In this document: positions 29,301 through 41,300 of the stretch, one piece after another
Position numbering within the stretch: the first letter of the stretch is position 1
Layout of the letters: the number at the start of each line of letters is the position of its first letter
NCBI GenBank assembly: GCA_002633005.1
Contig: NMRA01000650.1
Span: forward strand, 20,850-84,849
From: Phoronis australis
Taxonomy: Eukaryota > Animalia > Phoronida
Direction: 5' to 3'
DNA length: 64,000 bases
The notes under the pieces: model-generated
Seen by the model: only the letters and a program-made list of their open reading frames with translations
Told to the model about the DNA's origin: nothing
Database searches by the model: none
Program-made: the position numbers and the translations under genes

Positions 29301-32300
29301 GGATGTCGTTAAGGTCAGAGTTACGGTTCCGAGATAGGGATCGGGGTTAGGGTTACGGTTCTGCTCTTATCCGTCTTGAAACTACGTGGCACTGGTGAAC
29401 GAAACGTTGCTTTTAAAAATAGCGTCTTGCCATAGGCTACAGTTTTCACGTGTACACGCGATCAATTGATACATTTGCCTATACTTGAATATTTTTAAAG
29501 GGGCATTTTCTTATCACAATTAACCAATTAAAGAGACCATGGCCAATCACCATCAAGTTATAATTCTTCAATTTGAGTTTTTTGAAATTTGTTTGACATG
29601 CAGTCGTTCTAAATGGGGTTTTGGACAAGGTTACAATATGGAAAATTTGGTCGTTGACATCAAGCGACTTCTAAGAACTGACTGTGAGCACATACAGTAA
29701 GCCCATTTATCATATGTTGGAGTCAGACTAGAAATTGCGTTTTGACTACATAGTTTTTTTCTTAAAATGTATTTCAAAATTTTTGGAATGTTTTGATTTT
29801 TCTGTAATTTTTTAAACAAGAGGAAAGTGAATTCCTTTGTATTAGATGTTGCGTGGTGGTACTTTCACGACAATTTGTTTAAAAGATATATTTGCCGAAC
29901 TTTCGCGTTCCATGCCTCTTTTATAAGTTTACTGACATACCACCACACATTTTACTTCTTGGGTGATTTTAGTAAACATTGAAATTTACAAGATTTATTT
30001 AGATCATTTCGAAAAGGCAAATGTTTTACCGGTGCAACATGTTATCATTGTTTTTGGTATGGAGGATATGACTCTGTGACACTTAATTTTGAATTTGTGT
30101 ACATTATTTATACGTCTGTTTTCTATATGTTTTCCAAGTAACCGTCGGGTCCAAGTGGCCGTCGGCAAGTAGAGGCGTAACATCAAAATGCAGCTTATGT
30201 TGAATTTGACATTTTTGTATTCCTTGTTTGCATGTCATAAAAAGGTCGTTATCGTTCCGTACTGAATATGAAAGTCTTGGACACCGCATATTTTTTACTT
30301 TCCGTTCTTTACGGAATATCAAAATAAAATGTTGAATAAGGTAAATCAACGATCATGTCAGTATTTTATACAAAATAGAAAATGGTGTCCATGCCAAATT
30401 AGAACATTTAGAATGTCAAACGAGTGTCAAAAAACTCAAGATGCAACCAGTTTCATGATATTTGTCATGGTCATAGTCTCTTTAATTGGCTCCTTTTGAT
30501 AAGGAAATGCCCTTTTAAATATATTCAAGAACAGGCGAATGTATCAATTTATCGCGTGTACACGCGAAAACTGGCCGGCAAAGCGCTCTTTTTAAAAGCA
30601 GCAGTTCACTTGGCCAGGCCACTGCCTCGACGTCTGGAGACTCAGAACAGCAGAACAATGCGTTTGCATTTTTGGCAAAATGGGAACTACGTGATGTATT
30701 GACTTTGCTGAACATCAATCTTGATAAGAGGAATGGTTTTGGTAAAGTGTGTTTAATTTGTAGAGAAGAGTTTGTCCTGTTCCAGGACGTTTTCTCACTT
30801 AGCAATTTGTTCAATACCATTGTCAATAAGAAGTTGAATTGTTAATTTCCTTAAACTACTTCACACTTCAGTTGTATTTTAATAATAACCTAATCCAATA
30901 TCATTTTTATAATGTATTGGTGTTCTGCCATAAGTCTATAATTCTATTCCCGATTGTTAATGACCCAAATTTGTTAGAAACTATTTTCGACCTCTGGGAG
31001 AAGTGAAACTGGACTTATAATTTAGTTTCACAGTGTTTTTGAATTGATACACTCAGCAGGTATTCGGGTAGACATACTAATAAAGCTAGGCGACCCCGTA
31101 AGTTTTACCATAGATTATAGACAACTATCTGTACTATAGTCTATGGTTTTACCCATATAATCGCTGCTTTCATATAGAGCACATTGCTGTCTATTACATC
31201 GTATTTTATGTAAAAAATATTTTCCGGCAATCTACATTTCGTCTTGTTTAGCTGGCTAAAAAACAAAAATTCAATTAATTCCTTTACTCTCATCAAATTG
31301 ATCTCATAAAGATTATTATTAAGTTTGAATAAAGTCACGTTATTGTCAATAAAAGTGATATACTGTAGCTTGGTTTAGCTATAACTAGTCGTCCAGACTT
31401 TGATAAAAGTGTTCATATTTCTAAGTTCATGTATGTCTTCGCACTGAGAATTATTAACATTAACGAACACACTACGAGAGTGACGTGACCTTGTTCTTTA
31501 AAATGATGATCTATACAAAACCACGAGTAATATATTACCTGGTAAACAAAATAGATTTGGTAATTGTGTGTACAATTGTGGTATTTCAACCTTTGCATGG
31601 CGAGTAATAAAAATTCACAGTGAAGTTAGTGATTGTGAAGTCTTTTACTATAACTTGTTCATTGTTTCTGCAGGGCCGCAGAGCACTTCACCTGGCAGCA
31701 GGGAAGGGCAGGACGGAGGTGGTGAGGGTGCTGTTGCAGGGTCGGGCCGATGTAGACGTGCAAGACGAGGTAATAGAAACTACTTGAGACGACATTAGGA
31801 TTAAGACAATGTTATCTTTGTTACAAAAGCTGTAGACTATCTGAAGTTTAAATAAATATTTTGTGTGTAAATGCACTTTTCATATCTCATGATTTCAACA
31901 TGTATTTTTCAATCTGTACCGTGTACATGCATCTTAAGAAACAGTGAGGTTTAAATTGTGTCAACACGTTGATATTTTTTGTATTCTTAATGACAATCGT
32001 CCATTCAACAGTACAACTTTATATTAAAAACGAAGCCAGTAAACCGGTGAATAAACACAACATGGCGGGATCGCTGTCAAGTTATGCAGGAACTCTGTAA
32101 TTTCTGGCAATTGACGTCTACAACATGTTCTGTTGTTACAGCGACGTTTTAAAATTTCCTGCAACACTTGAGTGTTGAAATCATTACAAGTATTGTAGCG
32201 TCTTAGAGGTGTCAGTAATGTTTCATTTATGTCACCTTACAAGTTCACTTTCCCCCTTGTATGTTAATTAGCTCCAAACGTTGATCGTCCATTCACACAT

Positions 32301-35300
32301 CTCCATTATATATTACAAAGGTGTGCTGGACACCGCTGTACTGGGCAGCAGTGGAGGGTCAGACGGACACAGTGAAACTGCTGTTGGCCAACAAGGCCAG
32401 TGTAGATGTACGTGATGTGGTAAGTAATGACACACAGGTTGTTTAGTTGAACTAGTTGTTTACAAAAGGATAGTTTAAAATGTTTAAGGACATATTTCCT
32501 TGATCTTTTTCTCAATTTAATGTCCCAAAAGCGCGACAAATTAAATGTTGTCTGCTTAACATTCGTGAACCGCCAAAGCTGCGTAGACTAGTAAAGACAA
32601 AGCAGTGTGACTTACCTGTACAGGTTAAATGATATATAAGGTAATTAAACTGTCCCTAATTCGTTTGAACGAAACGAGCATTACACCTCGATTGTCCAAC
32701 ACTTTACACAAGTTCACTTTCCGCCGTGTATGTTAATTAGCTCTTAACGTCGATCGTCCATTCACACATCTCCATTATATATTACATAGGGGGGCCAGAC
32801 ACCGCTGTACAGGGCAGCAGGGCGTGGTTATACACAGACAGTGGAGGTGCTGCTGGCCCACAAGGCCAGTGTAGATGTACGTGATAAGGTAAGTAATGAC
32901 GCACAGGTTGTTTAGTTGAACTAGTTGTTTACACACATGAAGGTTTAAAATGTTTAGGAACACATAATGTTGATATATTTTCACAATTCAGTGTCCTAAA
33001 ACAATGACAAGTTATATGTCGTCTGCTTTTCTTGGTGAAGAACCAAAGCTGCGTAGTTGTAACATGTTCTGTAACGTTTTAAAATCTGTAACGCTTGATT
33101 CTTGAAATCATTACAAGTATTGTAGCGTCTTAGAGGGTTCAGTAATGTTTCATTTATGTCACCTTACAAGTTCATTTTCCCCCGTGTATGTCAATTAGCT
33201 CTAAACGTTGATCGTCCATTCACACATCTCCATTATATATTACATAGGAGTGGGGCCGGACACCGCTGCACTGGGCAGCACAGCGTGGTTATACAGACAT
33301 AGTGAAGGCGATGTTGGCCAACAAGGCCAGTGTAGATGTACGTGATAAGGTAAATAATGACACACAGGTTGTTTAGTTGAACTAGTTGTTTACACAACCA
33401 TGATGAACACACAACATGTGACTTGACTGAATCATTCAATGATTTAATTAATCGTGATTTATGATTTCATTTTAAACATTGACATTTTTGCTGCATTCCA
33501 GCGAATGCAACTGATTTGAGAAGCCAGCAATGAATAAATCACTGCTTTACCGGCTTTAGGTGCAATGAAACTAATTGACGGGACACCGACCGAGGCCGTG
33601 TGAGCTAATGCTAAATTTCGTGTTTGCTGGCAGAAACTGTTGCGAAACAACCCGATTTCCATCCCACTGACAGGTGTTAGGGGAATCTTTATTTACATTT
33701 ACATAACTCAAATAATGATAGTCAATGTACAACTTCTGCCCTGACGGTGCTGTGGCCAAAGCGCGAACCTGAATTCGCGGCCCCCGACGCCAAGTAGACT
33801 TGCAGTTTCGTGGCTAATTCACCAACATAATCAGGTGCGCATTACTTTAGCTCACTAGTATAGTATTTTCTTGACTTGAAGTTTAGTTTCCAGTGAACTT
33901 TATTAGTTTATGTTCGTGATGTCTGATCAGTTTCCGAGCCACTGGTCGGGATAACGGTGGAGTCAATCCGACCGGCCGCGACGGGCCAGGATAACAAGCG
34001 TTTTGTGTTAAGAACTAAGAAAATCACTAGTCTAAACAACACAGATCTAGGCTCTCCTGTCTGTATCTCACGGAAAATAGTTCGAAATTATCTCCGAACA
34101 GACGCCAAACTCCTGCTAGGACCTCATTGGCCTGCCGAACTTTGTAGGCTACGGTGTGTCCAAATACCAATAAATCCATAAGAGCGAAATAAAACAACAC
34201 ATTTTTATAAGAACTCGGTGTATTTTTAAGGGTTTTACATCGAAGTTTGATGATTTATTGGTGTTAAACGGTGAATTCAAGCGATAAGCTGACACCAGTA
34301 ACCCTTGTTGTGAACTGCTGAACAAACTGCGTGTGAAACCGATGACGTCATCGGATAATTTTAACTCGTCCGTCTTCCGTCAGGTGTCAGGTAACGCAAC
34401 CGTACGTGTCGTTATGGAGTAGAACTACTCGATCTAAATTGATACAAATTAAGTTGTTTTTTTTGGGTGGCACGCTCCTTTAACTAATTATAAACAGTTT
34501 TTAGTTCACCTAGACTTGCACAGTGACTTGGTTCTTTACTTGCATTTCCACAGCACTCATTAAATGAATGTCACTCTGTTGTAATGTATAAGATCAAGTT
34601 GTTATATTTAAAAAACTTTTCAATCACGTGACTACATCAGATCAGAGGAACTTTTAAAAAATCCCGCACAAGTTATGTCTGAGCTTAAATGTCAGGTTTT
34701 AGTCTCGACCTGTTGAGTCACACCCTTCATAAGTATTGCAACTGATGTTGAAGTTTGAACTGGAAAAGTATAAAACTCGACGACTTGTTCACCCACCCAC
34801 ATCGCTATGTATAATGCTGATCAACATTATCTATTTTTGTTCATTTACTGTAGTCGGGTAACACACCGCTGCACGTGGCATCTGAAGGTGGACATACAGA
34901 GGTAGTGGAACTACTGTGCAGGGAAAGCGGAAGCGATGTCAATACCGTCAACAAGGTATCGCAAGAGTGTTGTACTTCTTGATTAGTTAAGACAGCAATA
35001 AATGTGTTTTAAATGGACTATGAGTTCGAGAATCTATTCATTCGTAATAAATATCAAAAATGATCTGTCTCCTACTTACAAAGAATCTCTTCTTCACTGG
35101 ACGTACCATCCCAGAACACTCAGTGGATCAAAGCAGCTTGTCTAATCGTAATAATTTGGCAGAAATAAAACATACCAAACGCGCCATCAATGGTCGAAAA
35201 CAGCCTCAGGTTCAGATTTCCTCACTTCATTAATTATAACACATGCAGGTTTTTATTCGGTTCACTGCAAGGAATCAGATGCGCGTTTAGGAAGGAAATC

Positions 35301-38300
35301 TTGGAAGGTTTTAGTCTTGCCGTTTAATATAACGATAATTTAGCAATCCATTTACCCATGTGTTTTATCCCCATGGCTTAACTGTACATGTATTTCAACC
35401 CCACCACACAACCGTGTTTGTTCCTGCCATGGTCGGATTTACTATTGTATGATGTTGAAATCTAGGGCGTGACTGAGGCAAAGTCACGACGCGCAAAAGT
35501 CCTTTTACCACGGTGCCAAGCCGAGCACTCTGAGCCTGGTAAACGAGCTGTAATCCACAATACATGTAAATCCAAAGTCTGTGTATATATGTGCAGCTTC
35601 TTTAAAATGTGTATACACTGAAGCTGAATTGTTTACGATTTGTTCGTGGATGTTGTTGTATTAAACAGTACCGTGTTTTTCACCTATCGTCTGCTTCACT
35701 TGTCTCAAAAATATGGTATCTGTTTTATGTTGTTGATCTTTCGTCTTGTTGTTATGTCAGCAACTTTTATTGTTTATTTGCGGAAATTTTAAAGTTATCA
35801 GAATGTATTTCATCAATTCAATGCGGGGCTTGTGTTGTCGTACCTGATTTCTTTTTGAAATATCTTGAATAGGTCTGGACGTGATTTGTGTTGGTGGCCA
35901 CGTTATCAAAAGTTTCATGTGTCAAACATACATTAACCAGTCCAAATATCTCATTTACTGCTTTTAAAATGTACAACAGAAACTTCAAAATGATGTGGGA
36001 ACTTATCCGAGTTCCACCACATTGGAGAATGAATACACCTGATGTTGGGAACTGATTTTACAGTTTTGTGGGTAGTGCTCACACGGTACTCTGAGTTTGA
36101 GTATTTGTTCATTTATTAACAAAGTATTTCATCAAAAAGACCTACATCTTGCTTTAAAACAACTCCTGTACATATTTAATCTCAGTTATTAAATCGAAGT
36201 GTCATTTATTTCTTTATAAGCCATGAAATGTGTTGGTGAACGCCATTTTCATTCAAACTGTTATTTTTGCTCTATGCAGTGTTCTTTAAAGTTCCTCTCG
36301 CGCAAGCCAGTGATGTCAGGATATTTTGCATTGGAAATCCCTTCGTAATCGCTACATGCAGTAACAAAACTACAATTACCGACTGCTTGTTATAAGTGAC
36401 ACGTTTTTTGCCCTTATAATATCAATACAACTATTTAAGTTCGCCAAATTCAAGCTGAAAGAGTTCAAATTTATGCCGGAATATTTTGCATAAAAATAGA
36501 TTAATTACGAGTGGGTGCCTGCTTTAATAAAAACCTTGAAATAGACAAATATATCACCGAGATGGTATTTTTATGTTTCAAAAGTCCAGGCTGATGCCCT
36601 TCTCCTGTTGTTTAAGCAAAAGATGGCGATATGTGAGTCTCGATGGTGTTCATGTGTCGGTGAGGTTGACTTTACTTGGAAACATGGAATTGATAGGATT
36701 TTATATTGATTACCCAAATTCAAAAAAACACGACTTGAGTAGAGCAAAAACTGTTAATTTTAGATCGATACAACGAGAAACAAAATCAAGGAGTAGAATC
36801 CTCGCTTTCCTAGGTTTTTACAAACTCCCAAGGGAATAACGGACTATTTCGTTTGCTCAGTTGCAGTTGATTAGGCGAATTTAGTTGGTCAAGGTGAATG
36901 CACTTTTGATCATTTTAATCATTTTGTTTTCCTTCCGACTTAGGCGGATATATTTGTGTACTAGTTGTTGGACATCTGGATGAGCTTAACAGTATTTTGT
37001 CTCACTCTTAACGTAAATAATGCAAATGACAAATCTGATTGAAAATTGTCACAATCAGTCAGGCAGTGTACGCTGTGTAAAAATAAAAACTAGGTGTCGA
37101 ACACACCTTGGTGCGTCGTCAAGCACTCGAGAGCTATCATTCATAATCTGAGTAAACAACGGGTTTTTGCATCACGTGTTCAGCCAAGCCAGCTCAGTGT
37201 ATTCTACATTTTTAAGTAGTTATAGTTATAGTGTATGATATATTGGTAAATAAAAATCCAATACAGTTGGCAGTCGACTAAATTAAAAAAATTCTTGCGC
37301 TTGGGCGTTACGACACTCGTAATCTTCGTTCGACAAAACGTTGTAGGGTCGTTTCTTCTGTTGCTGCAATCATTTCACTCGTTTTTTTAGGAGACCCAGA
37401 TTCTCCGCTTTTTATCAAGTTGTCACTATTCTTTCTCCAACACTGACAACTATGACAGGAGGTGATCTAAGTAACACTGACTATTTGTCACGGACTAAGT
37501 TATATTGTTATTTTTCACAGTGCAGACTCTTTAACAACACAACAACCGTAAAGTAAGTGGCAGTGTCTCTTGTTTACCGTAATGGCAATTATGGCTGTTG
37601 TCATAATTTATGAAAAAGTTAGTTCATTTTTATGTTTACGCTTGTCAACAGTGTCTTCGCTCTCCTCACTGGTCCAAAGTCATATTATTGAAATAACGCT
37701 ATAATACGGAAATTTAGTGTGGGTTTTTAAGGTGTCATACTGGTAACTGACATTCGCCTACAAAAAAGACGTAACTGACATTCGTCTTCGACTTTGTCAT
37801 CCAGTTAATAATCCTATATTTAATCAAGAACTGATTTTTCGCTAACTAAGCAACAAAAAACATTGTGATGGGTGTGCTCACTTCGGGCGCCAAATACCGA
37901 CCCTGGGTGTCCTTTGATGAAACCGCTACATAACTTTTCAATAAATCACAGATTCTGGATTCTCAAGTTGCACATTCTGTACCAATCTGAAGTAAAACTG
38001 AAGTTTGATGTTTCTGCTCAATTTGACTCAGGGTAAAGGAATTGCACGCCTTTCTTATTCTCCGCCAACGAACGCTTCCGGTTTGTGCATACAAAAATAC
38101 AGTATTGACGTTTTATGAAGTCAAACACGAAATTGTCTGCAACTGCATTCCACTCATTGTGTATGTCCAATAAAATTCAACCTAGGCAAAATGATTGTGA
38201 CTCGTAATGTGTCGAGTATATATTGGGTTAGAAACTCCAAATATTGGTATGTGACACCCCCAGTTCGCACGCAAATCTGTTGAAGAACGCCTGAAGAACA

Positions 38301-41300
38301 TCGTGCAATCTTGTCCATACTGATTTTAAAGCGAAAACTTTCAAATCTGCAAGCTCTGCCAATTTCACTGAGTCGGCCGTCGTGAACAGGATTAAACGAT
38401 TTCGTGAGTAAAAATGGACTTTTCAAGTACAATTTGGTAAACGTTGACGTGTTGCTTTAAAAGCAAAATTCTGAAGATATACCTATCACGATGCAAGAAC
38501 ACTCAGTTTAAGAGTTGGTCGATTGCTAGTGGGATTTTTGAGCAATTTTTTATACAAACGCAAAACTGAAGATGTGCTTGGGTCTGAACAATAAGGAAAG
38601 AATAAGAGACGATGTGACGTGAAATTTAAAGAAGTTGTCTACTTAATGCTAATTGAAATGGATTATCAGGGTGTATTGTACAGTCATGTTGTTCTTAAAT
38701 TGTGTGTTGGGCTAGTCCTTGAATTAAAATTAAAATTAAAACGCGGCTTGATTATTGGATCATCTAAAATTTGAAAATGCATATTGGTTTCATGTAGCGG
38801 AAGACCTCAGCGGTGAAAAGAAGATGGTCGGCGACATGAACTATTCCGCGAAAAAACGCTGGTGCGGCACTTTCCGTTGAAAAGCTTGACTATTACAAAG
38901 TTATTGTCAAACTGGTGCTCGATAAAATCAAAATCAGTCGAAATGGTTTAATTTTTAAAGTCTTTGTTGCAAACTGCCCATGTGGTTCTAGTATCCGAAA
39001 ATACTTACTACATAAAATCTTATTTTCGACACCCTTTTTTTACATTCTTTTCGCCTTTCTTGCCAAAAGCGATTTTTCAACCGTATTTGACCCTTTTCCC
39101 TGAGCGTATGATTACCGGTTGTCATCGGTTATTTCCGTACCCACATTTCCGGCTCATCAGTTCAGGAACTTGTCCTGAACGCCGCCATTTTTTCCTTGTA
39201 ACTGAATGTGCTATGGCTTGCTCGAAAAGTCTTCATTATATTGTTTTATTAGTAATATATCGTGATTCGTTTGCATATGTAGTGTATTTATAGTTTGTAG
39301 TTTGTGGTCGTTGATTTTTTGGAATGTTACGCGTACTTAGTATCGATGTTAAAATAGCATTGGTGTTTAGTTCCTTACGTAGGCCGGTCGAACCTAGGAA
39401 CCAATATGGGTCGAACCTATTTTTTTCAGTTTTATTTTTTTCCTTGTTTTGAAATAGTACTTTGCTATCATCGGAAAGGTAGTACATTCTACTCAGTAAA
39501 AATCGAAAAAGTATCGAAATCGGGGCAAGCACTGTACAGTTATTGCACGTTTTGTGGCGAAATTTGGGTCACTTTGTTTGGATCGCGTCGGCCATATTGG
39601 AGGACAACGGGATGAGTTACGAGTTTAAAAATTTGTGTAATTTGTTTTCGCCAACAAATTACGGTAACATTTAGTTAGACATAACTTTACTTACTATTCT
39701 TTACGATTTAGCAGTGTTCACCAAATTCCAGCCTCGCAGTTGTTACTCATTAAGTGACAAATGTGCTCACAATTCCCGTTAGACTTCGTCTCATTTCTGG
39801 CGGCACCTACAATGTCGACTTTTGCTGAACTGAAAGGCATGTTCAATCGGCTACTTTGTAATTTGTGAAGATTTGACGTTGATACATTTTGGCAAACGTT
39901 GCTACAAAAAAGAAACTTTGTTCAATTTTTGTGTTTTTTGTGTTTGTGGCCAGCGACCAGTTAGGCCTAAGGGTAGTCTTGGTGCAAAGCTGCCGCCCGT
40001 TCAGTAACGCTGGGACCTCGCTAAAAAGCAAGACTTCGCGAGAATACGTGAGATTTCGCCGTGTATTTTGAATAAGAACACGTGACTTTGACTAGGTTTT
40101 AGCAAGGTCCTAGCGTAGGTCATAGCGTCTACTGAACGCACGCCTGTATAGGCCTACTTACAAGCTTTATTTTGACTATAGTCTTCACTGGTTGCTGGTG
40201 ACTGAGGCTAACTAAAGTCTGCCGCGGCAGTGTTACACAGGACTAACCAGCCCGTAATTTCATGCAAGTATCCGAAACTACCCTTGAATATATGCAGCAT
40301 TTATCAGTTGACCATTTTACTTCGACAAAACACCTTGCAACCGCATGCATTTACCGTTCGCCAGTGTCTGGTCTCGATCCGCACCGGGTCCGATAGGCTG
40401 CGGTCCCGAGTCTGGCAAAATAATTGCTGTCAAAGTTTTTTCGCCACATTTCTTCGGCAAATTCGATAAAATTGTCCGTAGTTTGATTTTATTAAAATTA
40501 AGGCGCGCTGTCGATCATTTTATCCCCGTTTGCTTGCTGGTAACGGAACAGGCACTGCTCGAGTCGCACTGACGGCGTTTTCTCGGCCTGGGTTCCTGAA
40601 TGAATTGTACTTCCGGGTTCGCGGCAACTTCAAAATGGCGGTGTTTCTTCGGGTGCGAATCGTGAGTGGTGCGTTCATTTAAACTGTTTTCGAGTACGGA
40701 TCGTGTATAAGTTATGGGGTAGGTACTTCTTGGATCCGTATAACATCTTCTAACCATGTAATAAGGGTTAACAACGCGTGAGACAAGGACTTAATGTGTC
40801 GATGATGTACCTGATTAATGTGTTTGATTTTTCTCTGATATCTATCTCTTTTTAGTTCTGACTGAAAGTGTCTCTTATCTCAGTTCGGCTAGAGTAAACT
40901 CTCCACTAATCCCGGGGGACTTGATTCAAATGAATAATAACTCGATCGTTTTGGTTTTGCTTAATTATTTGTCATTTCTTTATACAATTTGAAGTTTCTG
41001 CGTCACGCAATTCCACAACCGTGTTCAGCAAATGACCCGTACTATGTAAGGCGATGTCGTTACTTTGGCTAACCAATCAGGACAAAAATTTTATGTAATG
41101 GTTAAGGTTATGAAGTAATGCTTCTCTAAAGAACAATAAAATGGCAAGCAAACTATGCAGCGAATTCCAAAACGGCGAACACTGAACACTGTCTGGGTGC
41201 GGAGCACCTGGGCTGTATGGGGTTGTGCGATGTGTTCACACGTATCTTGTTTTCCTTAACTTAATCATCATTATTTTCATATTAATAATAACATTGTGAC

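Larger units (their letters stand above)
32120..33400 (+). repeat. Tandem triplication of an exon+intron unit, period ~460-470 bp
   Basis: atcgtccattcacacatctccattatatattaca precedes, and cacaggttgtttagttgaactagttgtttaca follows, each of three ankyrin exons. Confidence 0.95.

Noticed and set aside
32240-33400. Repeat-variable-repeat pattern resembling a CRISPR array
   Set aside because: Period ~465 bp, eukaryotic context, the variable parts are homologous exons, and there are no cas genes
32306-33439. Three similar - strand ORFs (…CKQLVQLNNLCVITY…)
   Set aside because: They are antisense shadows of the triplicated ankyrin exon/intron unit; the + strand has the splice sites and domain consensus
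37521-37552. Possible micro-exon (ttttcacag…aa|gtaagt)
   Set aside because: 32 nt would shift the frame between two phase-0 ankyrin exons and has no domain similarity
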